Below, piece by piece: positions 21,120-32,431 of a DNA stretch of 64,000 bases. Numbering within the stretch: the stretch's first letter is position 1; the number at the start of each line of letters is the position of its first letter. Origin of the DNA: Candidatus Bathyarchaeota archaeon (lineage in GTDB: Archaea; Thermoproteota; Bathyarchaeia; 40CM-2-53-6); assembly GCA_963833125.1 (NCBI GenBank), contig CAWHWX010000007.1, positions 26,486-90,485 on the forward strand, given 5' to 3'. A program made the position numbers and the translations under genes. The notes beneath the pieces were generated by a model. It did not search any database and was not told the DNA's origin. It worked only from the letters and a program-made list of their open reading frames with translations.

Positions 21120-21551
21120 TTAAGATTCCCTCGAGACGGGGTTGTGTGGGTCGCGCATAATTGTTTCGTACCAATGGTGCATGCCGTCCTCCCACACGTA
21201 GTATGAGTTGAGTACTCGAAGATTTGGATATCTCTTTCGTGCCTTCTCTTCGGCTATGTTCTTCAAGCTGGCCGCGCGGGTGAATCGGGTGACGCCCAAG
21301 GCTTTTGGTCTACGCCCCGATCTGGGTCACGGTTTGCGTGCACCACCCTTTCTTATCCTAACCCGAACTACCACGTAACCTTGTTTTGCCTTGTAACCTA
21401 ATGACCTTGCCCGATCAAGTCTAGTCGGATGCTCGACTCTGTGAACGGTCGGCTCGCGCCGCCACTTGATTGCGATTTGACGAAGGTAAAGCTGTAGATC
21501 ACCTTTTTCTCGTCCCAACCATGTTTGAGTTAGATATTTCTGGGCGCCCAT
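21120..21551 (-). CDS. rpl15e: 50S ribosomal protein L15e (in-frame TGA at 21327-21329)
   Basis: [21 protein letters not shown], then in the same frame after [11 protein letters not shown]...[14 protein letters not shown]...WYE...DP. Confidence 0.93.
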
Positions 21552-21678
21552 TGGAATTTTCGACCTCAACCGACATTTGCAAAGCTTAAGACAAATGACA
21601 CGTCTCTAAACTTCAGGCAGTGTGAAAAGTCGCGCTGCTATTTAAGCGGCTTGCAGTCAAGTAAGTGATCTCAAAACC

Positions 21679-23011
21679 ATGACAACGGACGAGGAGTCTC
21701 TTAGGAGGGCGTACCTTCCAGCTCAACTTGCGTTAAAGTACCATCCATTCTATCGTGGAAAAATCGAGATCGTGCCTAAGTGTCCAATTCGTTCTTTCGA
21801 GGATTTCGCGATTTGGTACACTCCTGGGGTTGCTGAAGCCTGTGAAACTATCAAGGCCAGACCCGAGGCAGTCTTCGAGAATACGAACAAGTGGAATACG
21901 ATAGCGATTGTTACCGACGGTTCCCGCGTCTTAGGCCTCGGTGACATCGGCCCCGAAGCGGGCCTCCCAGTGATGGAGGGAAAGGCGCTGCTCTACAAGT
22001 ACTTGGGCGGCATAGACGCATTCCCAATATGCCTTGGCACAAAGAAAGCGGAGGAAATTATTTCTGCGGTAAATTGGATTCAACCATCGTTCGCAGGAAT
22101 AAACCTTGAAGATATAGCCCAGCCGAAATGCTTCGAAATTCTAGATACTCTCCAAAAACAGCTAACCATTCCTGTCTGGCATGACGACCAACAAGGGACA
22201 GCGACGGTAGTACTGGCTGGGTTCATTAACGCTCTCAAAGTGGTCGGAAAGAAAGTATCAGATGTCAGAATCTCCATGGTTGGAGCGGGAGCAGCTAACG
22301 TCGCATTGGCGCGCTTACTCATTCTCTCTGGTGCAAAGCCCGGAAATATGATTCTCGTGGATAGTAAGGGCACATTGCACCGAAATAGAAAGGACCTACA
22401 AAACACTCCTAAGAAATGGAAACTCTGTCAAGAAACAAACGCTGAGGGACGTGAAGGGGGCATCGAAGCCTCCATGGATGGAGCTGATGCGTGCATCGCT
22501 TTGTCGACACCCGGGCCAGGCGTGATAACCAAAGACTTTGTCTCCAAAATGGCTGATAGGGCCATAGTCTTCGCATGCGCCAACCCGATACCTGAGATTT
22601 GGCCATGGGAGGCAGAAGAGGGCGGTGCATCAGTCGTCGCCACTGGACGTTCTGACTTCGCAAACCAATTGAACAATTCGCTAGGGTTTCCTGGGATCTT
22701 CAGAGGAACAATTGACGTTCGTGCACGAACTATTACTGACGAGATGTGTCTAGCAGCGGCGGCTGAACTTGCTAAACTTGCTGAGGAGCGTGGACTCTCT
22801 GCAAAGAATATCATCCCGACAATGGATGATTGGGAAGTTTTTCCGCGTGAGGCCACAGCCGTGGCTGAAAAGGCGGTCGAGCAAGGGGTTGCTAGACTGA
22901 AGAAGACACGGCAGGAAGTTTACGAGAGTGCCCAGATCCATTATCAAGCGAGCTCGGGAACAAACGAGGTATATGATGCGTGGCGGATTTATCCAGGACT
23001 TTCCCACTTGA
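21679..23011 (+). CDS. mae: NAD(P)-dependent malic enzyme (C-terminal indel near 22940)
   Basis: YTPGVA, VTDGSRVLGLG, PVMEGK, NLEDI, HDDQQGT, GAGAA and ATGRSD. Confidence 0.94.
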
Positions 23012-23102
23012 ATCGAGACCTTTCGCTAGGATATTCAAGACTGGACTTGAACAGTCAGGCTTTAATCACGAATTCCTTTGCGCACGATCTTGAGCTCATA
23101 AA

Positions 23103-23786
23103 ATGGCTGATCGTACTATTGCTGTGATAGGTGGAACCGGAGATCAAGGATTCGGCTTAGTCCTTCGTTGGGCTAAAGCAGGCGAAAAAGTGATCATAGG
23201 ATCGAGGCAGTTACAAAAAGCTGAAGATGCTGCCAAGAAAGCCAGAGACATTCTGGGGGGAAACGTGGACGTTTCAGGACTGGAGAACCCTAAGGCCGCA
23301 GCTGCTGCCGACATTATCGTTATGTCGGTTCCGTTCGCTGCCCATGTTGACATGATCAAATCCGTCCACGACAGCGTTCAACCAGACGACATCTTCGTCG
23401 ATGTCGTAGTTCCACTCTCGACAGCAGTTGGAGGGTCTGCATCCACCGCTTTAGCGGTTTGGGAGGGTTCAGCGGCACAACAGGCCGCAAGATTACTTCC
23501 TCCTCACACGAAGGTTGCGTCGGCATTCCACAATGTCGTGGCCGAAGCCCTTCAAGACGTCGGTAAGAATGTGGATTCAGACGTCATTGTTTGTGGCGAC
23601 TCCCAGGAGACCCGAAGGGAAGTAATGGACCTCGCAAAGAAGATACCTGGTGTTAGGGCCATTGATGGGGGACGCTTGGAGAACTCACGGATTGTCGAAC
23701 AGATCACAGCCCTCCTAATTGGAATAAACATTCGGTACAAGGTAAACGCAGCCGGAATACGAATTACTGGGATCATGCCCAGCTAG
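23103..23786 (+). CDS. npdG: F420-dependent NADP oxidoreductase (Fno/NpdG)
   Basis: GGTGDQG.GL, IGSR, VVPL, SAFHNV and VEQIT.LLI.IN. Confidence 0.93.
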   Translation: MADRTIAVIGGTGDQGFGLVLRWAKAGEKVIIGSRQLQKAEDAAKKARDILGGNVDVSGLENPKAAAAADIIVMSVPFAAHVDMIKSVHDSVQPDDIFVDVVVPLSTAVGGSASTALAVWEGSAAQQAARLLPPHTKVASAFHNVVAEALQDVGKNVDSDVIVCGDSQETRREVMDLAKKIPGVRAIDGGRLENSRIVEQITALLIGINIRYKVNAAGIRITGIMPS

Positions 23787-23811
23787 AGTTGATGTTGTAG
23801 GAAATCACGAT

Positions 23812-25023
23812 TTGCCTCGAATAGTGGGTGTGGTTGGGAAACCTAACGTAGGAAAGAGCACATTCTTCAGCGCTGCAACTCTAGCCCACGTGGCAATCGC
23901 AAACTATCCCTTCACGACGATCAAACCGAATATTGGAATGGGATACGTTCGAACGCCCTGTGTCTGTCGGGAGTTCAATGTCATTGACTCACCGGGAAAT
24001 TCCACGTGCATCAATGGCATAAGACTAGTGCCGGTTGAGATAGTTGACTGTGCAGGGCTTGTTCCTGGCGCATGGCAGGGCCGAGGTCTCGGAAACCAAT
24101 TTCTAGACGAGATACGACAGGCCGACGCACTCATCCACATTGTCGATGCATCAGGGTCAACAGATTCTGAAGGTAAACCATGCGACGCGGGCTCGCACGA
24201 CCCCCGTGAAGATGTCCGATTTCTCGAGCATGAATTGGACATGTGGCTTCTACAGATCATTAAGAAGGAATGGGACCGCGCCATTCGAAGGGTCGAAGGT
24301 GCTAAAGACGACCTCCTCGTAATTCTAGAGGAGAAACTAAGCGGCCTTGGAATACGTAAGGATCACTTGATCTCGGCGAAAACGAAAGTTGGTCTGAATT
24401 TCGAGAAACCCAGTTCTTGGTCCGATGACGATCTTCTGAAGTTGATCAGTGAACTGCGCAGCAAGTCGAAACCACTGATAATTGCAGCGAACAAAATGGA
24501 TGTCCCACCCGCTGAGGAAAACCTGAAACTCTTAGGAGGTATTGGTCACTCGGTTGTACCGTGCAGTGCGGAAGCCGAGCTAGCTCTGAGACGAGCTGCC
24601 GAGAAGGGTATCGTGACATATGTCCCTGGAGATAGCAACTTCAAGGTTGACGAAAAGACTCCACCCAACACAGATCAACTGGACGCTTTGAACCGTATCA
24701 AGGAGAAGGTACTCCTTCCATTTGGATCTACGGGCGTCCAGGAATCTCTCAACTTAGCTTTCTTCAAACTTCTCCAAATGATTACGGTATACCCTGTCGA
24801 AGATCCTGAGAAATTAACGGACCATAAAGGCAGGGTTCTTCCTGACGCCTATCTAGTCCCTTACGGTACGACAGCGAAGCAATTTGCTTCAGTGATACAT
24901 TCCGATCTGGCGACGGGTTTCCTTTATGCAACAGAGGTGAGGTCAAAGATGCGAGTCGCCGATGACTACGTACTGAAGGATAGAGATGTAATATCGATAA
25001 CCAGCACGAAAAGACACGCCTAG
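23812..25023 (+). CDS. ychF: Redox-regulated ATPase YchF (OBG family)
   Basis: GKPNVGKST, YPFTT, GLGNQFL, NKMD and a C-terminal TGS domain. Confidence 0.95.
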   Translation: MPRIVGVVGKPNVGKSTFFSAATLAHVAIANYPFTTIKPNIGMGYVRTPCVCREFNVIDSPGNSTCINGIRLVPVEIVDCAGLVPGAWQGRGLGNQFLDEIRQADALIHIVDASGSTDSEGKPCDAGSHDPREDVRFLEHELDMWLLQIIKKEWDRAIRRVEGAKDDLLVILEEKLSGLGIRKDHLISAKTKVGLNFEKPSSWSDDDLLKLISELRSKSKPLIIAANKMDVPPAEENLKLLGGIGHSVVPCSAEAELALRRAAEKGIVTYVPGDSNFKVDEKTPPNTDQLDALNRIKEKVLLPFGSTGVQESLNLAFFKLLQMITVYPVEDPEKLTDHKGRVLPDAYLVPYGTTAKQFASVIHSDLATGFLYATEVRSKMRVADDYVLKDRDVISITSTKRHA

Positions 25024-26318
25024 TCGTGAGTCTTTCTCATACGTCGTTTCTTGATCCTTCTGCTGATTAGAGTCTGTCTTACGAAAACCGCATGACCCGC
25101 TGGCACATCCTTGTATATGGTCGTGCCTGGCCCAATGAGTGAAGAGGGACCGATTTTCACGCCCGGCATTATACTTGCATTGATTCCAGTTTGCGATTCG
25201 TCTCCCATTATGGTTCCCAGCTTCTTTCTCCCTGAGCTTAGCAATCGTCCCTTCACGTTCATATTGACCGGCTCTTGGTCCAGGCGTATGTTTGCCGTAA
25301 TCGTTCCAGCGGCAAGGTTACAGTTGTCCCCAATTACGCTGTCGCCCACATAGGAAAGATGAGGGATTTTTGTACCATCCATGATTACACTATTCTTGAC
25401 CTCGCAGGAAGTCCCGACAACCACATCTTTTCCGATGCTTGTGAAAGGACGGATTCTTGCATTTGGCCCCACCCTGCTTCTTTCGCCTATGTATACTGGC
25501 CCTTCAATGTAGCATCCTGATTTGATCACAGCCGACTCTTCAAGCCAAACAGGCCCTTTCATCGCAGAACCCGGCTCTACAATCCCCCGCACTCGGGGCG
25601 TGAAATTCATTAGAGTTCGTTCATTCGCTTCGAGAAGATCCCAGGGTCTACCAACATCCATCCAATCTTCTCGATCGATTGTCGCGGCTTTGATCTCATG
25701 ACCTTGATCGATTGACCGTTGCAAAGAGGCGGTAAGTTCGTACTCATTCCTCTTCGATCGCGACGTCTCATCTATCGCACGGAATACTTGCTCGTCGAGA
25801 ACGTATATCCCAGAATTCACCCAAGCCTCAGCAGTATTTCTCAGAGGGGGTTTTTCTTGAATTTTCGCGACGCTATCTCCTTTCAGCTCGACTACACCGT
25901 ATTCCGAGGGGTTTGGCATTTGTACGACTCCCATAACTCTTGAACATTCTCGAGACTTCTCAACGACTCCTCCAATGCTCGATGCGTTTACCCACAAGTC
26001 TCCGTATACGGTAAGGAATGGCTCGGTGCCGACAGCGTCTCGAGCTATTCTGAGGGCTGACGCCGTCCCTGTCCACTTGGGTTGATGCAGGTATTCGATG
26101 TTTACGCCATTGATGACTCCGTCACCGAGAGCGTCCTGTATCAGCTCGCCCTTGAAGCCAACGACCATCACGACTTCCTTTATTCGGCTTTCCGCGATCG
26201 CTTTAAGAATAAATGAGATAATCGGCCGTCCTGCTATGGAGAGAAGATGCTTGGGTTTGGTTGTGGCAAGGGGCCACATTCGAGTTCCTTCTCCGGCCGC
26301 CAGAACAACCGCTTTCAC
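25020..26318 (-). CDS. glmU: Bifunctional sugar-1-phosphate nucleotidylyltransferase/acetyltransferase (GlmU-like)
   Basis: LAAGEGTRM.P...PK, hexapeptide repeats, HLSYVGDS and GRKKLG. Confidence 0.92.
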   Translation of the reverse strand: MKAVVLAAGEGTRMWPLATTKPKHLLSIAGRPIISFILKAIAESRIKEVVMVVGFKGELIQDALGDGVINGVNIEYLHQPKWTGTASALRIARDAVGTEPFLTVYGDLWVNASSIGGVVEKSRECSRVMGVVQMPNPSEYGVVELKGDSVAKIQEKPPLRNTAEAWVNSGIYVLDEQVFRAIDETSRSKRNEYELTASLQRSIDQGHEIKAATIDREDWMDVGRPWDLLEANERTLMNFTPRVRGIVEPGSAMKGPVWLEESAVIKSGCYIEGPVYIGERSRVGPNARIRPFTSIGKDVVVGTSCEVKNSVIMDGTKIPHLSYVGDSVIGDNCNLAAGTITANIRLDQEPVNMNVKGRLLSSGRKKLGTIMGDESQTGINASIMPGVKIGPSSLIGPGTTIYKDVPAGHAVFVRQTLISRRIKKRRMRKTHD

Positions 26319-26429
26319 ATTCTTTCACCGATTTGTGGGATCAACACCGCCGTTGCTCGTAATTGTATTGCTGACCGTTTTAAATGGGAGTATGTATGGC
26401 AAGTGTCCCCTGGATGTCGTGGGTTAGGC

Positions 26430-26702
26430 ATGGCCTTTGATGTTCTCTCTTTCCTTGCCGGGATCACGGCAGGCGGCCTTACGGGAGCACTTGCAGGTAC
26501 GCTTTACAGCCTTGAGAAGACAGCGGATCTCCAGGAACGCGTGCGACACTTGGCTCGGCAGATCGACACTCTCGGTGTTAACTTATCTTCGCCTAATGGC
26601 TCGAAAGTGCCAGATTCAAAAACCAATGAAAAGGAGCTTCGTCGTGAACTAGACGTGATTCATGAGGAAATCAGGAGAATGTACAAGCGCTCGTCGCATT
26701 GA
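26430..26702 (+). CDS. Small membrane-anchored coiled-coil protein
   Basis: Gly-rich N-terminal TM segment (FLAGITAGGLTGALAG) followed by heptad-rich helices. Confidence 0.65.
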   Translation: MAFDVLSFLAGITAGGLTGALAGTLYSLEKTADLQERVRHLARQIDTLGVNLSSPNGSKVPDSKTNEKELRRELDVIHEEIRRMYKRSSH

Positions 26703-26712
26703 TCGAATTGGA

Positions 26713-27363
26713 TTAGGCTGCTGCAGCCTTGGCTTGCTCCTTAGCTTGCTCCATGACCTGCGCGGCAGTAGCCATGATTCCAGGGGGCATAGAGAGGACC
26801 CTTGATTTCCTCACCCCAACATGCCTGAGTGGTGCGACCTTCTTTGCAAGGTTGTAAATATCCGAGCCGAGCTTGCCCAGGACCATTTCCTGTGATAATT
26901 GATCATAATTCAGATTGTTGGCTTTTTCTTCAACGATCTGGCGCATAACCTGGCGAACCCCGTGCTCCTGAGACGCATTTATTCTATCTCGGGTGAATGC
27001 AACTACTGAAATCCGAATTGAGAACTGATCTTTCGTAGTTGCGTTGAAGATGCCGTCCATTCTAGTACTTCCACGTCTTACGAGGCTTCTTAGGTAATCG
27101 GTAGCGTACTCATGCGATTTGAGTATCGTATCAGCCCTATGCTCCTTCGTGTTGACGACCAGAAAGTACAGCTTCGTCGATTGGTGGGCAAAATCGTTAG
27201 TTATATCATACAATGTTGTTTCGACGACACGCCCGATTACCGCTGAGGGAATCTCACATGGGATGCTTGCAACAACGTTTTCTCCGAAGTAAGGTGGAGT
27301 GTAGACATCATACCATTCCTTCAATCGCCACTTGTCTCTGACTTTTTTCGACGCTTTGGACAA
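26713..27363 (-). CDS. rps3ae: 30S ribosomal protein S3Ae
   Basis: DKW..K.WY, GRVVETTL.D and DYLRSLVRRGS. Confidence 0.97.
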   Translation of the reverse strand: MSKASKKVRDKWRLKEWYDVYTPPYFGENVVASIPCEIPSAVIGRVVETTLYDITNDFAHQSTKLYFLVVNTKEHRADTILKSHEYATDYLRSLVRRGSTRMDGIFNATTKDQFSIRISVVAFTRDRINASQEHGVRQVMRQIVEEKANNLNYDQLSQEMVLGKLGSDIYNLAKKVAPLRHVGVRKSRVLSMPPGIMATAAQVMEQAKEQAKAAAA

Positions 27364-27444
27364 TTGTCTTCCACTCGGAGTTCAGATTTTAGCAACGTAC
27401 CGTTTGTGCCGTATTTAAAGCGTTCATAGCCAATGTGATTGCGA

Positions 27445-27690
27445 TTATCGTTTTCCAATCTTTTTCAGCGATGTCTCGGTCGCTTGTATGCACCGAAAGA
27501 TATCTTGCAATGTCAGTTGCATGGTTTCAATTCTTTCGCATCCTCTAATTTGAACCGAAAGTATTCGACCGCGCGCATTTGTCGCGACGATCAATTCGCT
27601 TTTCGGGATTTTATCGTCAGGGAACAATGCAGTTTTCACGGCTCTGGCGAAGTGATGGTGAACTATATCGAATGCGAATTTCTGTTTCAT
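27445..27690 (-). CDS. Second Pcc1-like KEOPS subunit (paralog B, Pcc2-like)
   Basis: AL.PD motif, 81 aa, conserved rps15-DHH-pcc1-rps3ae context. Confidence 0.7.
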   Translation of the reverse strand: MKQKFAFDIVHHHFARAVKTALFPDDKIPKSELIVATNARGRILSVQIRGCERIETMQLTLQDIFRCIQATETSLKKIGKR

Positions 27691-29128
27691 ACATTTGTTT
27701 TCAGCTGTGAGAGTAGCACTTGATCGAGTTCCTCGAGGAATGGGACTGGGTCATTGGCCTTGATGTGCGCGCCTGCCGCTACATTGTGTCCTCCTCCGAA
27801 GCCATCGTATTTCTTCGCCGTGGTGTTCAGTGCGGCTCCAAGGTTCATACCCACTGCTAGAAGTTTCGCGGGTGCTCTTGCTGAGAGTTTGATACCGCCA
27901 TCCTTGGCTTTGGTTACGACGATGATTGCGTGGTCTGGAGTTAGGTTACCTGCCGACGATAATATCGAGGAGAACGCTCCAGTCATGCTCTCTTGTATTT
28001 GATTCTCTCCGCGTATCGCCCAGATTATCTTGAATTTCTGAATGGCATCTGGGGATTTTGTCAGCCACTCCATGTAACTGGCCAGAGTCTTCCTGTAAAC
28101 AGCGGCAACTTCGTTAGCTTCAATTAGGGCTGTCTTTCTATCGCCCAGTCCAATGCTGATGCCTATCGAGGGGTTGCCGGTTCTTCCACACGCGTTCAAG
28201 AGGGCGGAGAATTCTCGTGCGTCCCGAGTAGGGCTTCCCTGCGGTTCGTTTACGAAGGTGTATACAGTCCCAACCATATCGAGCACCACGTTTGACGGAA
28301 AACCTTGGTTCGTAAGGTAGGCAATTATTTCGTTCAGGAGTTTCTGCTTCTCCTCCTGTGAGAGGTCAGCTGCGGTTCTGAACCGGTCCCCATCTTTCAC
28401 GGGGATCCCAGCTTTTGATAAAAGTAGGAGGCAATTATCTTCCCGGCCACTAAGATTTGGGAGGTAAGGCGATGTCGTGTAAGCTAGAGCCCGATATATT
28501 GGACGCGTCTTCGGCCGTACACGACTAAGTCTGAGTCAACCTTCGCATTGCCGGAGGATACGGCATCATCAACTAGGAGTTGATTGAGACCAGCAAGTGT
28601 TCTTTTCTCATTCTTGTCTTGCATGTCTCCTAGCGCTCCCACAATTCCGAGGGTACTGAGATCTTTGTTGCCGTCATCGAGTTCTCTTGCAACAAGGTAG
28701 GTGACCCCTGCGGCACTGATCATCGTCGCACCATCGATTCCAAACTCATGCGGATTCACCTGGGCAATCTTGCCTCCCGCCTTGCCGTCTGGGGGGTGGT
28801 GATCTAGAATGACGACCTCTCTTGTGTCAAGCCGTGAGTTTACGAGTTCAGAATAACCGCTGCCAATGTCCGTGAAGATTACTATGTCAGGTTTGCCCGC
28901 GGATATCTCATCAACTATGTCCTCGCGGAGTTCTTCTACAATTCGGACCTTGAAGCGAGCGGACGCACGAGTGAGGGCAGAAGCCATGATGCCGGCTGAA
29001 GAGAGGCCGTCGGCATCATTATGTGATATTGCCGTGAAGGAGGAGTCCGTTTGAAGGTGTTTCTTGATTACTTCTGCAGTTTCTCTTGCCCGTTCAAGGA
29101 AAGCGCCACGTTGTCCGTCCCCAGGCAT
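27687..29128 (-). CDS. DHH-family phosphoesterase, RecJ/GAN-like (apparent frameshift near 28510)
   Basis: HNDADG, DIGSG, LDHH, GALGD and DHHA1 GGGHNVAAG. Confidence 0.93.
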
Positions 29129-29131
29129 TTA

Positions 29132-29581
29132 TTATGCCACTGATGCGACGACATGTTTGTAATGCCATTCTGGGCTGAGTTGCCCTTTAACCCTGTAATA
29201 CTTCTCTAGCCTGTGAATCTTGGATTCGATCATGGCGAGGGAGCGTTTGTTAACGTGATCTTTCCGATTCTTCTCCAAGTGACGCCTAAGGTCGTCAGCC
29301 TTCTTTAGCAATGCGCTCAAGTCTTCTGGAAGGGCTCCCGCCTCTCGACCAGGCTTGAGTATCTCCTGAACATTCTTTCCGGTGATCGACTTCACTAAGG
29401 GTACTCCATATCGGTCACGCATCAATACGCCGATGATACTAGCCGAGTTACCTTCCCGAGAGAGCTTGAGAACCAATGACTCTACCTCTTCCGGGGTATA
29501 TTTGACCCATGACGGGGTTTTCTTGCTGATTGGTCGGGTTGACCCTGATTTGCCTCGTTTGCTCGTGTATAGCCTAGCCGT
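29132..29581 (-). CDS. rps15: 30S ribosomal protein S15 (uS15)
   Basis: RGKSGSTRP, IG..MRD.YG.P, LPEDL and ESKIHRL..YY; the expected start codon position reads ACG. Confidence 0.96.
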   Translation of the reverse strand, partial: TARLYTSKRGKSGSTRPISKKTPSWVKYTPEEVESLVLKLSREGNSASIIGVLMRDRYGVPLVKSITGKNVQEILKPGREAGALPEDLSALLKKADDLRRHLEKNRKDHVNKRSLAMIESKIHRLEKYYRVKGQLSPEWHYKHVVASVA

Positions 29582-29643
29582 AAATGCGCACACTCCGATT
29601 TGGAAATTCGTCTTAGTCTTTGACTCTCGGTTATTTAACTTGT

Positions 29644-30234
29644 CTAGGAGGAGTTGGAGCTTTCCTTCATTGAAAGCCATGTGAAGAATTTGACGAATGC
29701 TCTTGCCCTATGAGAGAGGAGGTTCTTCTCTTGGGTGTTCATTTCTGCGAATGTTCGACCATCTCCTTGAATGGGCGTGAAGACTGGGTCAAATCCAAAT
29801 CCGTGGCTTCCCCTCGGTTTGCGAGTTATCATACCCATTACCTCGCCGCGGAAGCAGAGAGAGGGTCTTCTTGGCCTTGCGAATGAAACCACAGCACGGA
29901 AGGTAGCGCTTCTATCAACCGTACCTTTTAGCAAGTTCAGAACGCCATCAGTCCCTAAAGTTTTGAACACGTAAGCCGAATACGGCCCCGGGAAGCCGTG
30001 CAGTTTGTCTACGAACAAACCCGCGTCTTCTACCAGGATCGGGCGCCGCGTTGTCCGGGAGATTCTCTTAGCGGCGAAGGAGGCTATGTCTTCTAGTTCT
30101 TCTGATTGAATCTCAGTTTTTTCAATCCTCACCTGTTTCAGCGTAATTCCGAAGATATTCGCTATTTCAGTCGCTTCAGCAAATTTCCCCTTGTTTCCAG
30201 TTGCAAAGTAGATTGGTGGATTATGCTCTCTCAA
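29644..30234 (-). CDS. rdgB: Non-canonical purine NTP pyrophosphatase (RdgB/HAM1)
   Basis: FATGNKGK, EDAGL, GFPGPYS, GFGFDPVF and SHRARA. Confidence 0.95.
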   Translation of the reverse strand: MREHNPPIYFATGNKGKFAEATEIANIFGITLKQVRIEKTEIQSEELEDIASFAAKRISRTTRRPILVEDAGLFVDKLHGFPGPYSAYVFKTLGTDGVLNLLKGTVDRSATFRAVVSFARPRRPSLCFRGEVMGMITRKPRGSHGFGFDPVFTPIQGDGRTFAEMNTQEKNLLSHRARAFVKFFTWLSMKESSNSS

Positions 30235-30880
30235 AGTACCTACCTCGCCTTTCAACCTCTCGCATCTTGCTAACTGCTTCCGTGCCGGATCTCTTTCCAA
30301 CGGTCCTGCAATAGCCATTTAGAAAGGCAGTGAAGATTTCTTCGTGAAATCTGATATGGGTGCTTTTCATGGCACGATTCAGGAGAAGTAGATCAACTCC
30401 ACGATCTTCAAGCTGAGTTGAAAAATCTCCCAATCCAAAGTCGATCAAGAAAAGTCTGTCATCAGCGCACAGGACATTGGAGATAGTCAGGTCGCCGTGC
30501 ACTATCCCCCCTTTATGGATTAGAGCAACCATTCGTCCCATCAGGTTGCATTGTTTGCGTCTCGTCACTGACGAGACGGTGTACAGCTGCTCCTTCAATG
30601 TGGGTCCGTTCACGTAATCCATTATAAATGACGACGTTTCTGGATCGATGTGCTGGATTGCAGGAACAGGAACCCCAAGTTTCCTTGCCTCATGCATTAA
30701 GTTCGTCTCATGAACCGTCCTGGCCCGTCGGATCGCTACGTCCAACTGGGCTACTCGATAAGGCTTCGGGAGCCGGGTTTTTCTGACCGCCGTCGACCCA
30801 CACCAGCTTTCTAGGTAGAGCTCGGCTTCCGCCCCTTTGTAAATTAGTTTAGGAAGCCTCTCTTCTCCAGACGATGTCAA
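30221..30880 (-). CDS. bud32: KEOPS kinase Bud32
   Basis: GAEA, HGDLT.SN, IDFGL and RGRY; start uncertain. Confidence 0.95.
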   Translation of the reverse strand: MTSSGEERLPKLIYKGAEAELYLESWCGSTAVRKTRLPKPYRVAQLDVAIRRARTVHETNLMHEARKLGVPVPAIQHIDPETSSFIMDYVNGPTLKEQLYTVSSVTRRKQCNLMGRMVALIHKGGIVHGDLTISNVLCADDRLFLIDFGLGDFSTQLEDRGVDLLLLNRAMKSTHIRFHEEIFTAFLNGYCRTVGKRSGTEAVSKMREVERRGRYFERA

Positions 30881-31845
30881 CGTCCTCCAACCTCCATCTT
30901 GGCCTAACGCTAGATTCGGCAATAGGTATCGTTACACCAGATCGTAACGCGAGGATGCCCGTCCATGCGATTTGGGGACCACAATCCCCAGTGTACGCCT
31001 GATTGACGACACGAGGCGTCGCGTCATGTAGCCCCGCAACATCTGAAAGCTTCTTCTGAAGCGTCTTGTTCGCTGCCACACCTCCGGTTAACAGCACCTC
31101 TCTCTTGCGAGTGTAAGCGAGACTTCGTTCCACGGCTTCAGCGAGCATAGAACATGAAACTTCTTGCATCGAATAACACACATCCTCAAGGGAGGCCCCA
31201 TCCCTGAGTTTTGCGAGAGACGCCGTCAATAAGCCAGAGTACGAAACATCGTTTCCTTTCACCACGTAGGGAAGGGGTATGAAATTCTCAGATTTTGACG
31301 CCAGCTTCTCGATCTCACGTCCGGCAGGCGAGGGAAGATTGATCTCTCTCGCGAACATGTCGTACAGGTTTCCGAGAGTAATATCCTCCGTCTCACCGAA
31401 AATGCGCCATCTCCCACCAGAGAAAGCCGCTGATCGCCGTATGCCCTCCTGAGATCAACACTACAAGAGGATCAGTTGCCCCAGTTGTGAGCGTAGCGAT
31501 CTCAATATGCCCGATGGCATGATTGACGGGTATGAGAGGGATTTGAAAGAATGATGCGATTGACCTTGCGACCGTAGCCCCGACTCTTAGACACGGTCCC
31601 AGGCCTGGGCCTAACGCGATTGCAACTCCTGCAAGTTGAGAGGCTCTAACGTCAGCCTTACCAAGCGCATCTGAAACTACCTTTGCCGCCACCACGCTGT
31701 GGTGCTCTGCGGCTTCTCGAGGATGGATTCCTGTCCCGGGAGCCGAGATGTAAACGTCCCGAACGTCTGATAGAATCTGACCCTGATCATTGACAACGCT
31801 AGCTCCAAACGTGTGCGCAGTCGATTCTATCCCTAGGCAGTGCAA
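30849..31845 (-). CDS. kae1: t6A synthase Kae1/TsaD (apparent frameshift near 31425)
   Basis: GIESTAHT, GPGLGPCL, NH..GHIE, SGGHT, LPYVVKG.D and GGVAAN. Confidence 0.96.
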
Positions 31846-31917
31846 TGAGATCGCGGCCCTGACTTGTTGGCGGCGTTTGAAAAGGTTAGTTAAAACACGC
31901 TAGAGCCTGATCTGCTA

Positions 31918-32292
31918 TTACTTCGTTATATCGACCACGCAAAAGAGGTTGCTATCAGGATCCTCAAGTACAATAAAGTCTTCATCCGGTTCGTATTCCT
32001 GAGGGTGACGCGTAGCTCCTAGGTTAAGCAGCCGCTCAACTTCTCTCTTCTGGTCGTTCGTGTAGAGGTCGAAGTGTAGCCAATTTCTGCCCGTAAGTTT
32101 CTCCCCAGGTTGAACTTGATTCAAGGAAACATTCGTGTTTCTGCCTTCTGGGTCTCGAAGAATCACCCAGCCGCCCTGAACTGGCTTCGTCGTAGTGTAG
32201 TGAAGCGCCTCTTGCCAGAAAGCCAACATATTGTCGAAGTTAATGCAATTAATAACGACGGAGCCTATCTTCAATTGAGACTTGTCATTCAT
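31918..32292 (-). CDS. VOC/glyoxalase-like family protein
   Basis: LAFW..AL, LHFDL, VERL..LGA and LEDP.SN.FCVV. Confidence 0.88.
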   Translation of the reverse strand: MNDKSQLKIGSVVINCINFDNMLAFWQEALHYTTTKPVQGGWVILRDPEGRNTNVSLNQVQPGEKLTGRNWLHFDLYTNDQKREVERLLNLGATRHPQEYEPDEDFIVLEDPDSNLFCVVDITK

Positions 32293-32431
32293 TTGCGTAT
32301 CTTGTAACTCTCGGTTGCCCTGCGAGTATAAGTCATTCTCTATCCTGCAGATCTCTCACGCTTGCCAGAGGCCAAGAAAAAACGTAGGACCGGCAACTAA
32401 GGTCCGGAAACCAAGACGTTAAATTAAAATA

